The translations under genes and the position numbers were made by a program. The notes beneath the pieces are model-generated. The model was not told the DNA's origin. It worked only from the letters and a program-made list of their open reading frames with translations, and made no database searches. DNA of 59,395 bases, taken from assembly GCA_964439755.1 (NCBI GenBank), contig CAYTPJ010000001.1:1-59395 (forward strand), given 5' to 3'. Of this stretch, positions 25,525-33,723 are shown in pieces (position 1 is the stretch's first letter; each line of letters opens with the position of its first letter). This DNA is from an uncultured Oscillospiraceae bacterium (lineage in GTDB: Bacteria > Bacillota > Clostridia > Christensenellales > Aristaeellaceae).

Positions 25525-25860
25525 ATATTTTTTCTCCTCATCTAAATGTGGGCAAAATGCACCCACAGATAATGCCTGCTTTAAAAACAGACTGCTTTTA
25601 GGATATCTATCCTATTTACATCATACGTAGTTTTTATAGGAGTGTTCTTTTATATGAAAAGACAAATATAAATAAAATATACGAATTGAAAGGTTCATTG
25701 TCCCAAAATGAAAAATACAAGCACATTTTAAAAAATGAAAATTATGGCAGATGAACGAAACATTTTTTATCTTTGCGTATTTTAGGGAAAAACGCTTTAC
25801 AATTTTAAAAAATATGATATACTTGAGGAGGCAAAAAAACACACGAAAGGATGACAGAAT

Positions 25861-26928
25861 ATGGCATTTGATAGAGAACAACCTTTTGTAGGCTTTCACA
25901 CGAGGATTAAAACGCACGAAGGCGCAGACGCTCTTTGTAAGCTTATAGAAGAAGGGCTTGCACCCATGGGCATCAACCAAATTGTGCTTGAAATTACGTA
26001 TAACTATATGTATCAGTGTTTTCCAGAGTACGTGACAGGCACAATTACGCATGAAGATGCGAGGAAAATCACGGACACGGCAAAAAAGTATGGCATTAAA
26101 ATGATTCCCTTATTTCAGTCATTGTCCCACCAATCTCCAGGCAATGGCGATCCTTTTCCCTTGCTTAAATTAAACCCACAGTTTATTGAAAATAAGGACA
26201 TAAAGTATGATGCAACATGGCCAGATGTGTATTGCCACAGCTGGTGTGCGTCTAATGACGACATTTATAATTATGTGTTCCCTATGATGGATGAGCTGAT
26301 TGAAGCATTTGATGCCGAAGTCATTCACATTGGCATTGATGAAGTGTTTGATATTGGGGAAGATTCTTGCCCTCTTTGTAATCACAAGGACAAGGCGTAT
26401 TTGCTCGCTCGAACAGTCAAAAAAATGCACGATTATTTAAAAAACAAAGGCATTGAAACGATGATTTGGGGCGACAGATTGTTGGATGCCAAAAAGCTTG
26501 GGTATCAAATGTGGGAAGCAGATGTTTTTGGTATGCACAAGGCATTTGATATGGAGGAAATTACAAGGGATATATTGGTATGCGATTGGCACTATGATAT
26601 GCACGACCACGGCTATCCTTCTCTTGAACAGTTTGTAAAAGGTGGTTTTTACACCATTCCTTCTTTTGGAGGAAAAGTGGAGCAGGCAAGCCATTTTTGG
26701 CACTATGCCTTAGAAGAAGTGTATAAGCAAAACAAATTCCACTACAAGGGCAAAATTGCAGGGGGGCTTTTCACCAACTGGGGTGATTTAGACCCTGAAA
26801 GCGTGGATAAAATGTTGTCTGCTATGCATGGAAAAACGCCTGAATGGACTGAGTCTTGGCACGGCGCACCAGTGGGTGAAGTAATCAAAGCGCTTGCTAA
26901 AGCACTGCCCAAGTTCAAAAAACCATAA
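25861..26928 (+). CDS. glycoside hydrolase family 20-like catalytic-domain protein (cytoplasmic)
   Basis: 355 aa with TIM-barrel-like periodicity and VIHIGIDEVFDIG, resembling the GH20 HxGxDE acid/base pair. No signal peptide. The family call is by motif only. Confidence 0.5.
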   Translation: MAFDREQPFVGFHTRIKTHEGADALCKLIEEGLAPMGINQIVLEITYNYMYQCFPEYVTGTITHEDARKITDTAKKYGIKMIPLFQSLSHQSPGNGDPFPLLKLNPQFIENKDIKYDATWPDVYCHSWCASNDDIYNYVFPMMDELIEAFDAEVIHIGIDEVFDIGEDSCPLCNHKDKAYLLARTVKKMHDYLKNKGIETMIWGDRLLDAKKLGYQMWEADVFGMHKAFDMEEITRDILVCDWHYDMHDHGYPSLEQFVKGGFYTIPSFGGKVEQASHFWHYALEEVYKQNKFHYKGKIAGGLFTNWGDLDPESVDKMLSAMHGKTPEWTESWHGAPVGEVIKALAKALPKFKKP

Positions 26929-26941
26929 TTTATTTAAAAAG

Positions 26942-26982
26942 AAAGAGCTTTTGTACAAAACAATGTGCAAAAGCTCTTTTTT
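26942..26982. terminator. bidirectional rho-independent terminator
   Basis: Perfect 12-bp stem AAAGAGCTTTTG / CAAAAGCTCTTT (26942-26953 / 26968-26979), an A-run before it and a T-run after it, between convergent genes. Confidence 0.85.
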
Positions 26983-26985
26983 GGT

Positions 26986-28650
26986 TTACATAGGGGATTG
27001 TGGGAAACGCAACAAAACAGTTGTACCTTTTAAAGGTTCGCTGGTTAATTGTACTGTGCCACTTAGTGTTTGCACTGCGTGCTTTACAATGGATAAGCCC
27101 AACCCTGTGCCTCCTGATGCTTTGGAACGGCTTTTATCCACTCTGTAAAATCGCTCAAATATTCTGTCTATGTGTTCGTTTGGAATGCCAACCCCTGTAT
27201 CTTTTATGGACAGACTTGCAAAATTGCCTTCCGTTTTTCCGTCTATAAAAATACTGCCATTTTGTACGTTGTATTTTATAGCGTTGTCACACACATTGTA
27301 CAAAATTTCATACAGAAGATGTTTCACACCGTATATCTGAAGGGGGGGCATATGCACTGTGACAGACAGGTTTTTGTGCTTTATTTCTTGACAAAGTGAC
27401 TCAAGCACTTCATTTAAAACGTCCTTTACACACACTGTTTCAAAGGGAAATTGTGTGTTTTCATCCAATTGAGAAAGCCGAATGATGTCTTCAATGAGTG
27501 ACACCATGCGTTGCGCTTCCTTTCGTATGCGTTCAGAAAAAACAGGAATATCTTGGTTTTTTACTAAATTGTTTTGTAGCAACTCTGAACTTCCAATGAT
27601 GGATTGTAAAGGTGTTTTAAGCTCGTGAGATACATTGGCAGTAAATTCTTTTCTGTTTCTTTCTAAAAACACATGGTCTGTGACGTCAAATATCAGCATC
27701 ACCATGCCCATGTTTTCCCCTGAAAATTGAATTTTGCTGATATCAAACTGATACACTCTGTCGTTTAATTCGATTTGAATTTCGCTGTGATTGTTTGCTT
27801 GTGCATTGTCAATTGCAGTAGATAAACGTGCATTTCGGTTGATGGTGATGAAGTCTTTCCCAATGCAGTATTTATCTGTTTTAAACAGGTGTAGGGCAGA
27901 AGGGTTGATGCTTACAATTTGAGTTTTTTCATCGAGCAACACAAGCCCTTCATTCAAGTGTGCTGTGATTTGGTTGAATTTCTTGTTTTGATTTTCAAGA
28001 GCATATAGTTGTGCATTGATTTCCTCTTGCTGTTTAAAAATGCGTGTAAGCAAGGGGGATAACTCGTCATATGCTTGTTCATTTTCAAGAGGTTCATCCA
28101 GCTTTAAATTGTTTAATGGGGCAATGATGCGCTTTGCCAACTTATTTGAAAAGAAAATAGAGAGCAAAACTGCAAGAAGGGTCAAGAAAAATACAGGGGT
28201 TGCCATGTCTAAAAGAAGCAAGGGAAAGGAGGACTGAATGGATGAAATGCGAAGCACGGAGCCGTCTGACAGCAACACAGCTTGATACATTGTTTTATGC
28301 ATGAGCGTGTTAGAATAACGGGCGCTTTTGGAAGAGCCGTTTAGAAAGGCTTCTTTCACTTCTGTTCTATCTTTGTGATTGTCCATTTGAAGTGCATCTT
28401 TTTGTGTGTCAAATAACACTGTGCCGTCTGAACGTATGTGCGTAAAACGGAAAGTGTTAGAAGATAGAGTGGACAAAGCGTCCACATTATTTTGCTCTGT
28501 ACAAAGGAGCGCAAGAGATAATTCATCCTCCAGCTGTTTTTCTTGCAAAACAGAAAAATGCTTGTACAGTACACCCACTACAATGGTATAGCTGACCATA
28601 ATCATGAGCAAAGAGATGAGCAAAAGAGAGCGAAATATTTTTTTCGTCAT
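26986..28650 (-). CDS. phoR: phosphate-sensing histidine kinase PhoR-like
   Basis: Two TM segments, a PAS-like region, the HisKA box FTANVSHELKTPL, and HATPase motifs (DTGVGIP, GGTGLGLSIV). The start is set at the ATG at 28648-28650 (MTKKIFRS), forming an ATGA overlap with the regulator stop. Confidence 0.85.
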   Translation of the reverse strand: MTKKIFRSLLLISLLMIMVSYTIVVGVLYKHFSVLQEKQLEDELSLALLCTEQNNVDALSTLSSNTFRFTHIRSDGTVLFDTQKDALQMDNHKDRTEVKEAFLNGSSKSARYSNTLMHKTMYQAVLLSDGSVLRISSIQSSFPLLLLDMATPVFFLTLLAVLLSIFFSNKLAKRIIAPLNNLKLDEPLENEQAYDELSPLLTRIFKQQEEINAQLYALENQNKKFNQITAHLNEGLVLLDEKTQIVSINPSALHLFKTDKYCIGKDFITINRNARLSTAIDNAQANNHSEIQIELNDRVYQFDISKIQFSGENMGMVMLIFDVTDHVFLERNRKEFTANVSHELKTPLQSIIGSSELLQNNLVKNQDIPVFSERIRKEAQRMVSLIEDIIRLSQLDENTQFPFETVCVKDVLNEVLESLCQEIKHKNLSVTVHMPPLQIYGVKHLLYEILYNVCDNAIKYNVQNGSIFIDGKTEGNFASLSIKDTGVGIPNEHIDRIFERFYRVDKSRSKASGGTGLGLSIVKHAVQTLSGTVQLTSEPLKGTTVLLRFPQSPM

Positions 28651-29321
28651 ACGCTTTTCTCCATTCGATAGCCCACGCCACGCACTGTTTTGATACACTT
28701 GCCTGCGTCTTGTAGTTTTTGGCGCAATGTGCTCACATGCATGTCCACTGTTCTTTCTTCCCCCAAGTAGTCAGCGCTCCAAACGCTTGTAAAAAGCTGT
28801 GTTCTTGTAAACACCATGTTGGGGTGCGATAAGAAAACGTGTAACAGATTAAACTCTTTGTATGTTAAATCAATACGTTCTGCGTTGACATACACAATGT
28901 GCTCATCTAAATTCATAACAATTTGCTCAAAACACAGTGTGTGGCTTTGGTCTTTGGGGGTTGCTCTGCGCAATACAGCTTTAATGCGTGACACCATTTC
29001 CATCATGCCAAATGGTTTCACCAAATAGTCATCAGCGCCCATGTCCAAACTCTTGATTTTGTCATACTCTGTACCTTTAGCAGTTGCCATAATCACTGGG
29101 ATAGAAGCAGTTTCTGCATCTTCTTTGAGCATACGCAATATGTCCACACCGTCTGTATTGGGGAGCATGATGTCCAGCAATATGAGCGCAGGTTTTTGCT
29201 TTTTTAACGCTTTAAAAAAAGAAATGCTTTCTTCAAAACCTTCTGCTTCAAAGCCTGTTGATTTTAAAGTGTATAGAATGATTTCACGAATATTTTGTTC
29301 GTCTTCCACACAGTAAATCAT
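28647..29321 (-). CDS. phoP: OmpR-family response regulator (PhoP/PhoB-like)
   Basis: Receiver (MIYCVEDEQ...LILLDIMLPNTDG...KPF) plus a winged-helix trans_reg_C domain (TVDMHVSTLRQKL...VRGVGYRM). The start at 29319-29321 forms an ATGA overlap with the phoU stop. Confidence 0.85.
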   Translation of the reverse strand: MIYCVEDEQNIREIILYTLKSTGFEAEGFEESISFFKALKKQKPALILLDIMLPNTDGVDILRMLKEDAETASIPVIMATAKGTEYDKIKSLDMGADDYLVKPFGMMEMVSRIKAVLRRATPKDQSHTLCFEQIVMNLDEHIVYVNAERIDLTYKEFNLLHVFLSHPNMVFTRTQLFTSVWSADYLGEERTVDMHVSTLRQKLQDAGKCIKTVRGVGYRMEKSV

Positions 29322-29968
29322 ATTTTTCCTCCCTTGTGCGTGCCTGTGATTGAAAAAATGACCCATTCTGCAATGTTGACAGCGTGGTCACCAATGCGTT
29401 CAAAATATTTAGCGATCATGAGCAAATCCAAAGCGTATTCGCCCTCCGTATGGTCTTTTACAATCATGTCAATGAGCTGTGTTTTGATGTTTGAAAAATG
29501 GTCGTCTACAATATCATCGTGCTCAATGACACTGTTTGCAAGTGCTATATCTCGTGCAACGTAAGCATCCACACTTTTTGTGACCATGAAAATCGTTTCT
29601 TCTGCCATCTTTTGAATGGGTTCAAACGTTTGAATTGGGCGACCTTTTAAAAATGCAACAATTTCAGCAATGTCGGAAGCTTGGTCACCTATTCTTTCCA
29701 TGTCTGTAATGATTTTAAGGGCAGAAGATATTTGCCTTAAGTCACGGGCAACAGGTTGTTGCTGTAAAAGGAGTTTTAAGCACATGGACTCTATGTTGCG
29801 CTCCGTTTGATTGACTTGATCTTCAAGAGGAGATACCTTTTCAGCAAGTGTGGGGTTGAGCGTAGTCACTGCTTGCGCAGACAATCGGATGGCATTTTCA
29901 CACAGTACACCCATTTCAATGATCTCTTTGTTTAAAAGGAGCAATTGTTCATCAAATCCATTTCGCAT
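29318..29968 (-). CDS. phoU: phosphate signalling complex protein PhoU
   Basis: 216 aa with a duplicated PhoU helical repeat carrying E/DxxxD motifs (MERIGDQASDIAE and FERIGDHAVNIAE). Confidence 0.9.
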   Translation of the reverse strand: MRNGFDEQLLLLNKEIIEMGVLCENAIRLSAQAVTTLNPTLAEKVSPLEDQVNQTERNIESMCLKLLLQQQPVARDLRQISSALKIITDMERIGDQASDIAEIVAFLKGRPIQTFEPIQKMAEETIFMVTKSVDAYVARDIALANSVIEHDDIVDDHFSNIKTQLIDMIVKDHTEGEYALDLLMIAKYFERIGDHAVNIAEWVIFSITGTHKGGKI

Positions 29969-30723
29969 TAGCCAAACCTCCCTGTAATATAGTCTTCCGT
30001 TCGTTTATCCCTTGGATTGGAGAAAAAATCTTGCGTATTGCCATATTCCACCAAGTCACCTAAGAGAAAAAATGCAGTGTAGTCAGACACTCTGACAGCT
30101 TGTTGCATATTGTGCGTGACCATGATGATGGTGTATTGCGATTTTAAATCGCTGATTAAGTCCTCGATTTTGGATGTGGAAATGGGGTCTAAAGCGCTTG
30201 TGGGCTCGTCCATAAGCAACACATTGGGGGTGACAGCGAGCGCACGAGCAATACAAAGCCTCTGTTGTTGCCCCCCTGACAAGCCCAAAGCGTTTTTCTT
30301 GAGCCTGTCTTTTACTTCTTCCCAAATGGCTGCTTTTTTAAGGGACGTTTCAACAATTTCGTCCAGTTTGGCTTTGTTCTTCATGCCATGTGTCTTAGGG
30401 CCGTAAGCGATGTTTTCATAGATGCTCATGGGGAAGGGATTGGGCTTTTGAAACACCATGCCAACATCCCTGCGCAATTCGTTTACATCCATGTTGGGCG
30501 CAAAAATGTCTTTGCCTTGATACTCTATTTTGCCTTTTATTGTGACCCCTTGGACAAGGTCGTTCATTCGGTTGAGGGTGCGCAAAAAGGTAGATTTACC
30601 ACATCCTGAAGGCCCGATGAGCGCTGTGATGCTCTTTTCGTTTATGTTCATGTGGATGTTGTTGAGCGCTTGAGAGGCAGTGTAAAAAAGGGATAGGTTT
30701 TGAACAGAGAAAATGGGTGTCAT
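29968..30723 (-). CDS. pstB: phosphate ABC transporter ATP-binding protein
   Basis: Walker [10 protein letters not shown], signature LSGGQQQRL, Walker [12 protein letters not shown]. The PstB-specific N-terminus and length (251 aa) fit. Confidence 0.95.
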   Translation of the reverse strand: MTPIFSVQNLSLFYTASQALNNIHMNINEKSITALIGPSGCGKSTFLRTLNRMNDLVQGVTIKGKIEYQGKDIFAPNMDVNELRRDVGMVFQKPNPFPMSIYENIAYGPKTHGMKNKAKLDEIVETSLKKAAIWEEVKDRLKKNALGLSGGQQQRLCIARALAVTPNVLLMDEPTSALDPISTSKIEDLISDLKSQYTIIMVTHNMQQAVRVSDYTAFFLLGDLVEYGNTQDFFSNPRDKRTEDYITGRFG

Positions 30724-31571
30724 AAGTGTTTCCTCCTTGAAAAATTTCTTTGCAGGACCGTGATGAGGGCATTGATAAAGATGGTCAAAATCATCAGTAA
30801 GCTTGCAATGGCAAAAGCAACTTCAAATTCGCCTTGCTCTTTTGCGTACACGTACAGGGCAACGGTGAGCGTTGCGCCTGCGCTGTTCATGCCTGTAAAA
30901 AAATCATTGAGGGCGTGTGCAAAACCTGCTGTAAACAAGAGCGCAGCGGATTCTCCAATAATGCGCCCTATAGATAGTATACACCCTGTTACGATTCCGT
31001 CAATACAATGTGGCAAAACAACTGTATAAATAACTCGAAATTTGCCCGCCCCAAGCCCAAAAGCGCCTTCTCGATAGCTTTGGGGCACTGTTTTTAAACT
31101 TTCTTGCGTAGTGCGCATGATGGTGGGCAAGTTCATCATGACAAGCGTCATCGCCCCTGCAAGCAGTGAGGTTTTCATATTCAAGAATTGGCAAAAGAAA
31201 AGCATACCCACAAGCCCGTATATGATAGAAGGAATGCCAGAAAGTGTTTCTGCAGCGTACTCTATCAGTTTCACGAGCTTTTTGTTTGTCGCATATTCAG
31301 TTAGATAAATGGCGGCACACACCCCCAACGGCAGGACGATGAGAAGCGTTGAAAGGATGATGTACAACGTGTTTAAAATGTTTGGGAGAATGCCAATGGT
31401 GCCAGATAAATAGCTGGGCTTTGTGGTTAAAAAAGAATAAGAGATTTGAGGAATGCCCTTGATTAGAACGTAAAAAATCAAGAAAACAGAAAGCAAGGCA
31501 GTGATAAAAAGTGCAAATAGACAGAGACCTTTCATGCAGTGGTTATACAAACTTCTTTTTCTATCTTTCAT
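30720..31571 (-). CDS. pstA: phosphate ABC transporter permease PstA
   Basis: 283 aa, 6 TM segments, EAA-like loop ([21 protein letters not shown]). It sits between pstC and pstB with a 4-nt overlap with pstB. Confidence 0.9.
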   Translation of the reverse strand: MKDRKRSLYNHCMKGLCLFALFITALLSVFLIFYVLIKGIPQISYSFLTTKPSYLSGTIGILPNILNTLYIILSTLLIVLPLGVCAAIYLTEYATNKKLVKLIEYAAETLSGIPSIIYGLVGMLFFCQFLNMKTSLLAGAMTLVMMNLPTIMRTTQESLKTVPQSYREGAFGLGAGKFRVIYTVVLPHCIDGIVTGCILSIGRIIGESAALLFTAGFAHALNDFFTGMNSAGATLTVALYVYAKEQGEFEVAFAIASLLMILTIFINALITVLQRNFSRRKHL

Positions 31572-31574
31572 ATT

Positions 31575-32480
31575 TTACATACCTGCTTTTTCTTTTTTTA
31601 ATAGGAAATTGAGCGTGCAGTTGATGAGCATAATAAATAAGAACAATACGAGTGCAATGGAAAAGAGTGCCTGCCGTTGTAAACCACTGGAGTAGGACAT
31701 TTCACTTGCAACAGCTGTGGTTAAAAAACGTACACTTTGAAAGAGAGAGGGCATGTTGACGGCATTTCCTGAAACCATCATAACAGCCATTGCTTCTCCA
31801 ATGGCACGCCCTACGCCCAATACAATGGAAGAGGCGATACCACTTTTGGCAGCAGGTACGCAGACCCTAAAATACGTTTCTATCTTTGTAGCACCCAGCG
31901 CATAGGAGGCATCTTCGTATTCTTTGGGCACTGCTTCTAAGGCAGTTATGGATATTTTGATGATGGAGGGCAATATCATGATGGTGAGCACGATGATGGC
32001 AGACAATAGCCCGGAGCCATCGGGCACATCAAACAATGTGCGTATATTGGGCACAAGCACAAGCATGCCCACAAGCCCATACACCACAGATGGAATGGAG
32101 GACAACATGTTGACAGCAAACTCCATGCTGTGCTTGATAAAATCAGGCGCCATTTTGGCTAAGTACACAGCTGTAAAAAAGCCGATGGGCACGCCAAGGA
32201 GGATGGCAAACGTGGTGCCGTAGATACTTGTTAAGATGAAAGGCAATATGCCAAACTCGGGTGTTTGAGCAGTGGACGCCCATGTGGGGCCAAACAAAAA
32301 GTGGATGAGCCCAATCTCTTTAATGGCAGGAAGCCCTGCTATGATGAGGTAAATGGAGATGAGCAACACAAAGCCTATTGTGATGAACCCACATAGAAGG
32401 AAAAGAATGTGCACCGTGTTTTCCAAGCGATTTTTAAGTTTCCTTTTTCTATTCATATCTTTTCTGAGTGTAATGTCCAT
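31575..32480 (-). CDS. pstC: phosphate ABC transporter permease PstC
   Basis: 301 aa, 6 TM segments, EAA loop (EDASYALGATKIETYFRVCVP). It is the first gene of the minus-strand pst string. Confidence 0.9.
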   Translation of the reverse strand: MDITLRKDMNRKRKLKNRLENTVHILFLLCGFITIGFVLLISIYLIIAGLPAIKEIGLIHFLFGPTWASTAQTPEFGILPFILTSIYGTTFAILLGVPIGFFTAVYLAKMAPDFIKHSMEFAVNMLSSIPSVVYGLVGMLVLVPNIRTLFDVPDGSGLLSAIIVLTIMILPSIIKISITALEAVPKEYEDASYALGATKIETYFRVCVPAAKSGIASSIVLGVGRAIGEAMAVMMVSGNAVNMPSLFQSVRFLTTAVASEMSYSSGLQRQALFSIALVLFLFIMLINCTLNFLLKKEKAGM

Positions 32481-32543
32481 TTTGTATCCTTTCTGTTTTT
32501 AGTTTAAAAGAAATGCTTTCCTCTTTCTAATATATAGACAGAA

Positions 32544-32641
32544 TGTAAAATGGAAAAGATACTAATTGTAAAATCTATGTAAAATATGATGAAAAATAAA
32601 ATTGACATACTTTTTACACAAGGTATGTTTTGGATTTTACA
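32544..32641. promoter_or_regulatory. candidate Pho-box array in the divergent pstC / pstS control region
   Basis: TGTAAAAT occurs at 32544, 32567 and 32578 (TTTACA on the pstC strand; spacings 23 and 11 nt). On the pstS strand, TTGACA is at 32602 and TTTACA at 32613 and 32636 (spacings 11 and 23 nt). B. subtilis PhoP boxes are TT(A/T/C)ACA repeats with 11-nt periodicity. Confidence 0.45.
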
Positions 32642-32706
32642 TTTGTATTCTATCATGAATATTGTCAGTGCGAAAAACTGATGAACAAAAAAAGGAGAAA
32701 AACAAT

Positions 32707-33516
32707 ATGAAAAAAATGTTGGGAATTTTGGTGGCAATGGTTTTGGTCGTCCTCACACTTACGGCAGGTGCTTCTTCCTTAAAGGGCAATGTTTCAACAG
32801 ATGGTTCCACTTCAATGGAAAAAACAATTGGTGCATTGGGTGAATACTTTATGGAACAAAACAAAGATGTGAACTTCACTTACAATCCAACAGGCTCCAG
32901 CTCAGGCATTACAGCAGTGCTCGAAAACCGTACAGACATCGGGCTTTCAAGCCGTGCACTAAAAGACAAGGAAATAGAACAAGGGCTTGTAGGCACTGTG
33001 CTTGCTTTTGACGGCATTGCACTCATTGTGCACAAAGATAACCCTGTAAACAACTTAACACTTGCCCAAATTGCAGATTTGTACACAGGCAAAGTGACCA
33101 ACTGGAAAGATGTGGGTGGCTTAGACACAGAAGTGGTGCTCATTGGTAGAGAAGCAGGCAGTGGCACAAGAGATGGCTTTGAATCTGTTACAAAGACAAA
33201 AGAAAAGTGTGCATATCGCCAAGAATTGACTTCCACAGGGGACGTGATTGCAACCGTGCTTCAAAATCCAAACGCAGTGGGCTATGCTTCTCTTGCTTCT
33301 GTAAAAGACACTGTAAAAGCGCTCCAAGTAGAAGGGGTTGTACCCAGCGAAGACAGCGTAAAAGATGCAAGCTATGTACTTCAAAGACCTTTTGTGCTCG
33401 TGACCAAAGAAGGCACAGCGTTATCTCAAACAAGCCAAGCATTCTTTGACTTTATCACTTCAAAAGATGCAAGCGAAATCATCTCTATGACAGGCGTGGT
33501 TGCAGCAGCTAAATAA
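32707..33516 (+). CDS. pstS: phosphate ABC transporter substrate-binding protein PstS
   Basis: The start is set at the ATG at 32707 (MKKMLGILVAMVLVVLTLTAGASS signal peptide), after AAGGAG. PstS/PBP motifs are present: GSTSM, YNPTGSSSGI, REAGSGTRD. Confidence 0.9.
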   Translation: MKKMLGILVAMVLVVLTLTAGASSLKGNVSTDGSTSMEKTIGALGEYFMEQNKDVNFTYNPTGSSSGITAVLENRTDIGLSSRALKDKEIEQGLVGTVLAFDGIALIVHKDNPVNNLTLAQIADLYTGKVTNWKDVGGLDTEVVLIGREAGSGTRDGFESVTKTKEKCAYRQELTSTGDVIATVLQNPNAVGYASLASVKDTVKALQVEGVVPSEDSVKDASYVLQRPFVLVTKEGTALSQTSQAFFDFITSKDASEIISMTGVVAAAK

Positions 33517-33541
33517 AAAGAAAATCATAGAAAAGCAAAAT

Positions 33542-33571
33542 CCTGTGGCAATGCGCCATGGGAATTTTTTT
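33542..33571 (+). terminator. rho-independent terminator after pstS
   Basis: 8-bp stem CCTGTGGC / GCCATGGG (two G-U pairs) with a 5-nt loop, then AATTTTTTT. Confidence 0.6.
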
Positions 33572-33723
33572 GACTAAAAATAGAATGTGAAAAGGCTAAA
33601 ACAAGGAAAACAATGAAAAAATCAAAACTTTTTACAATAAACATACTTTTCTACTTGCGTAGAAGCGTTTTTTCATGCTATAATAAACAGTGGTTCACTG
33701 TATTTATTTGAAGGAGATTTTTC

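Noticed and set aside
24144-25566. Holin + endolysin as evidence of an intact prophage
   Set aside because: No terminase, portal, capsid, tail, integrase, repressor or flanking direct repeats are visible anywhere in the 59-kb window, and the neighbours are non-phage genes. A highly degraded remnant cannot be excluded without the full contig.
25621-26052. 143-aa minus-strand ORF in the AT-rich spacer
   Set aside because: It has low-complexity, Phe/Ile/Lys/Asn-rich composition typical of AT-rich non-coding DNA. It overlaps the well-supported GH20-like gene start and has no SD.
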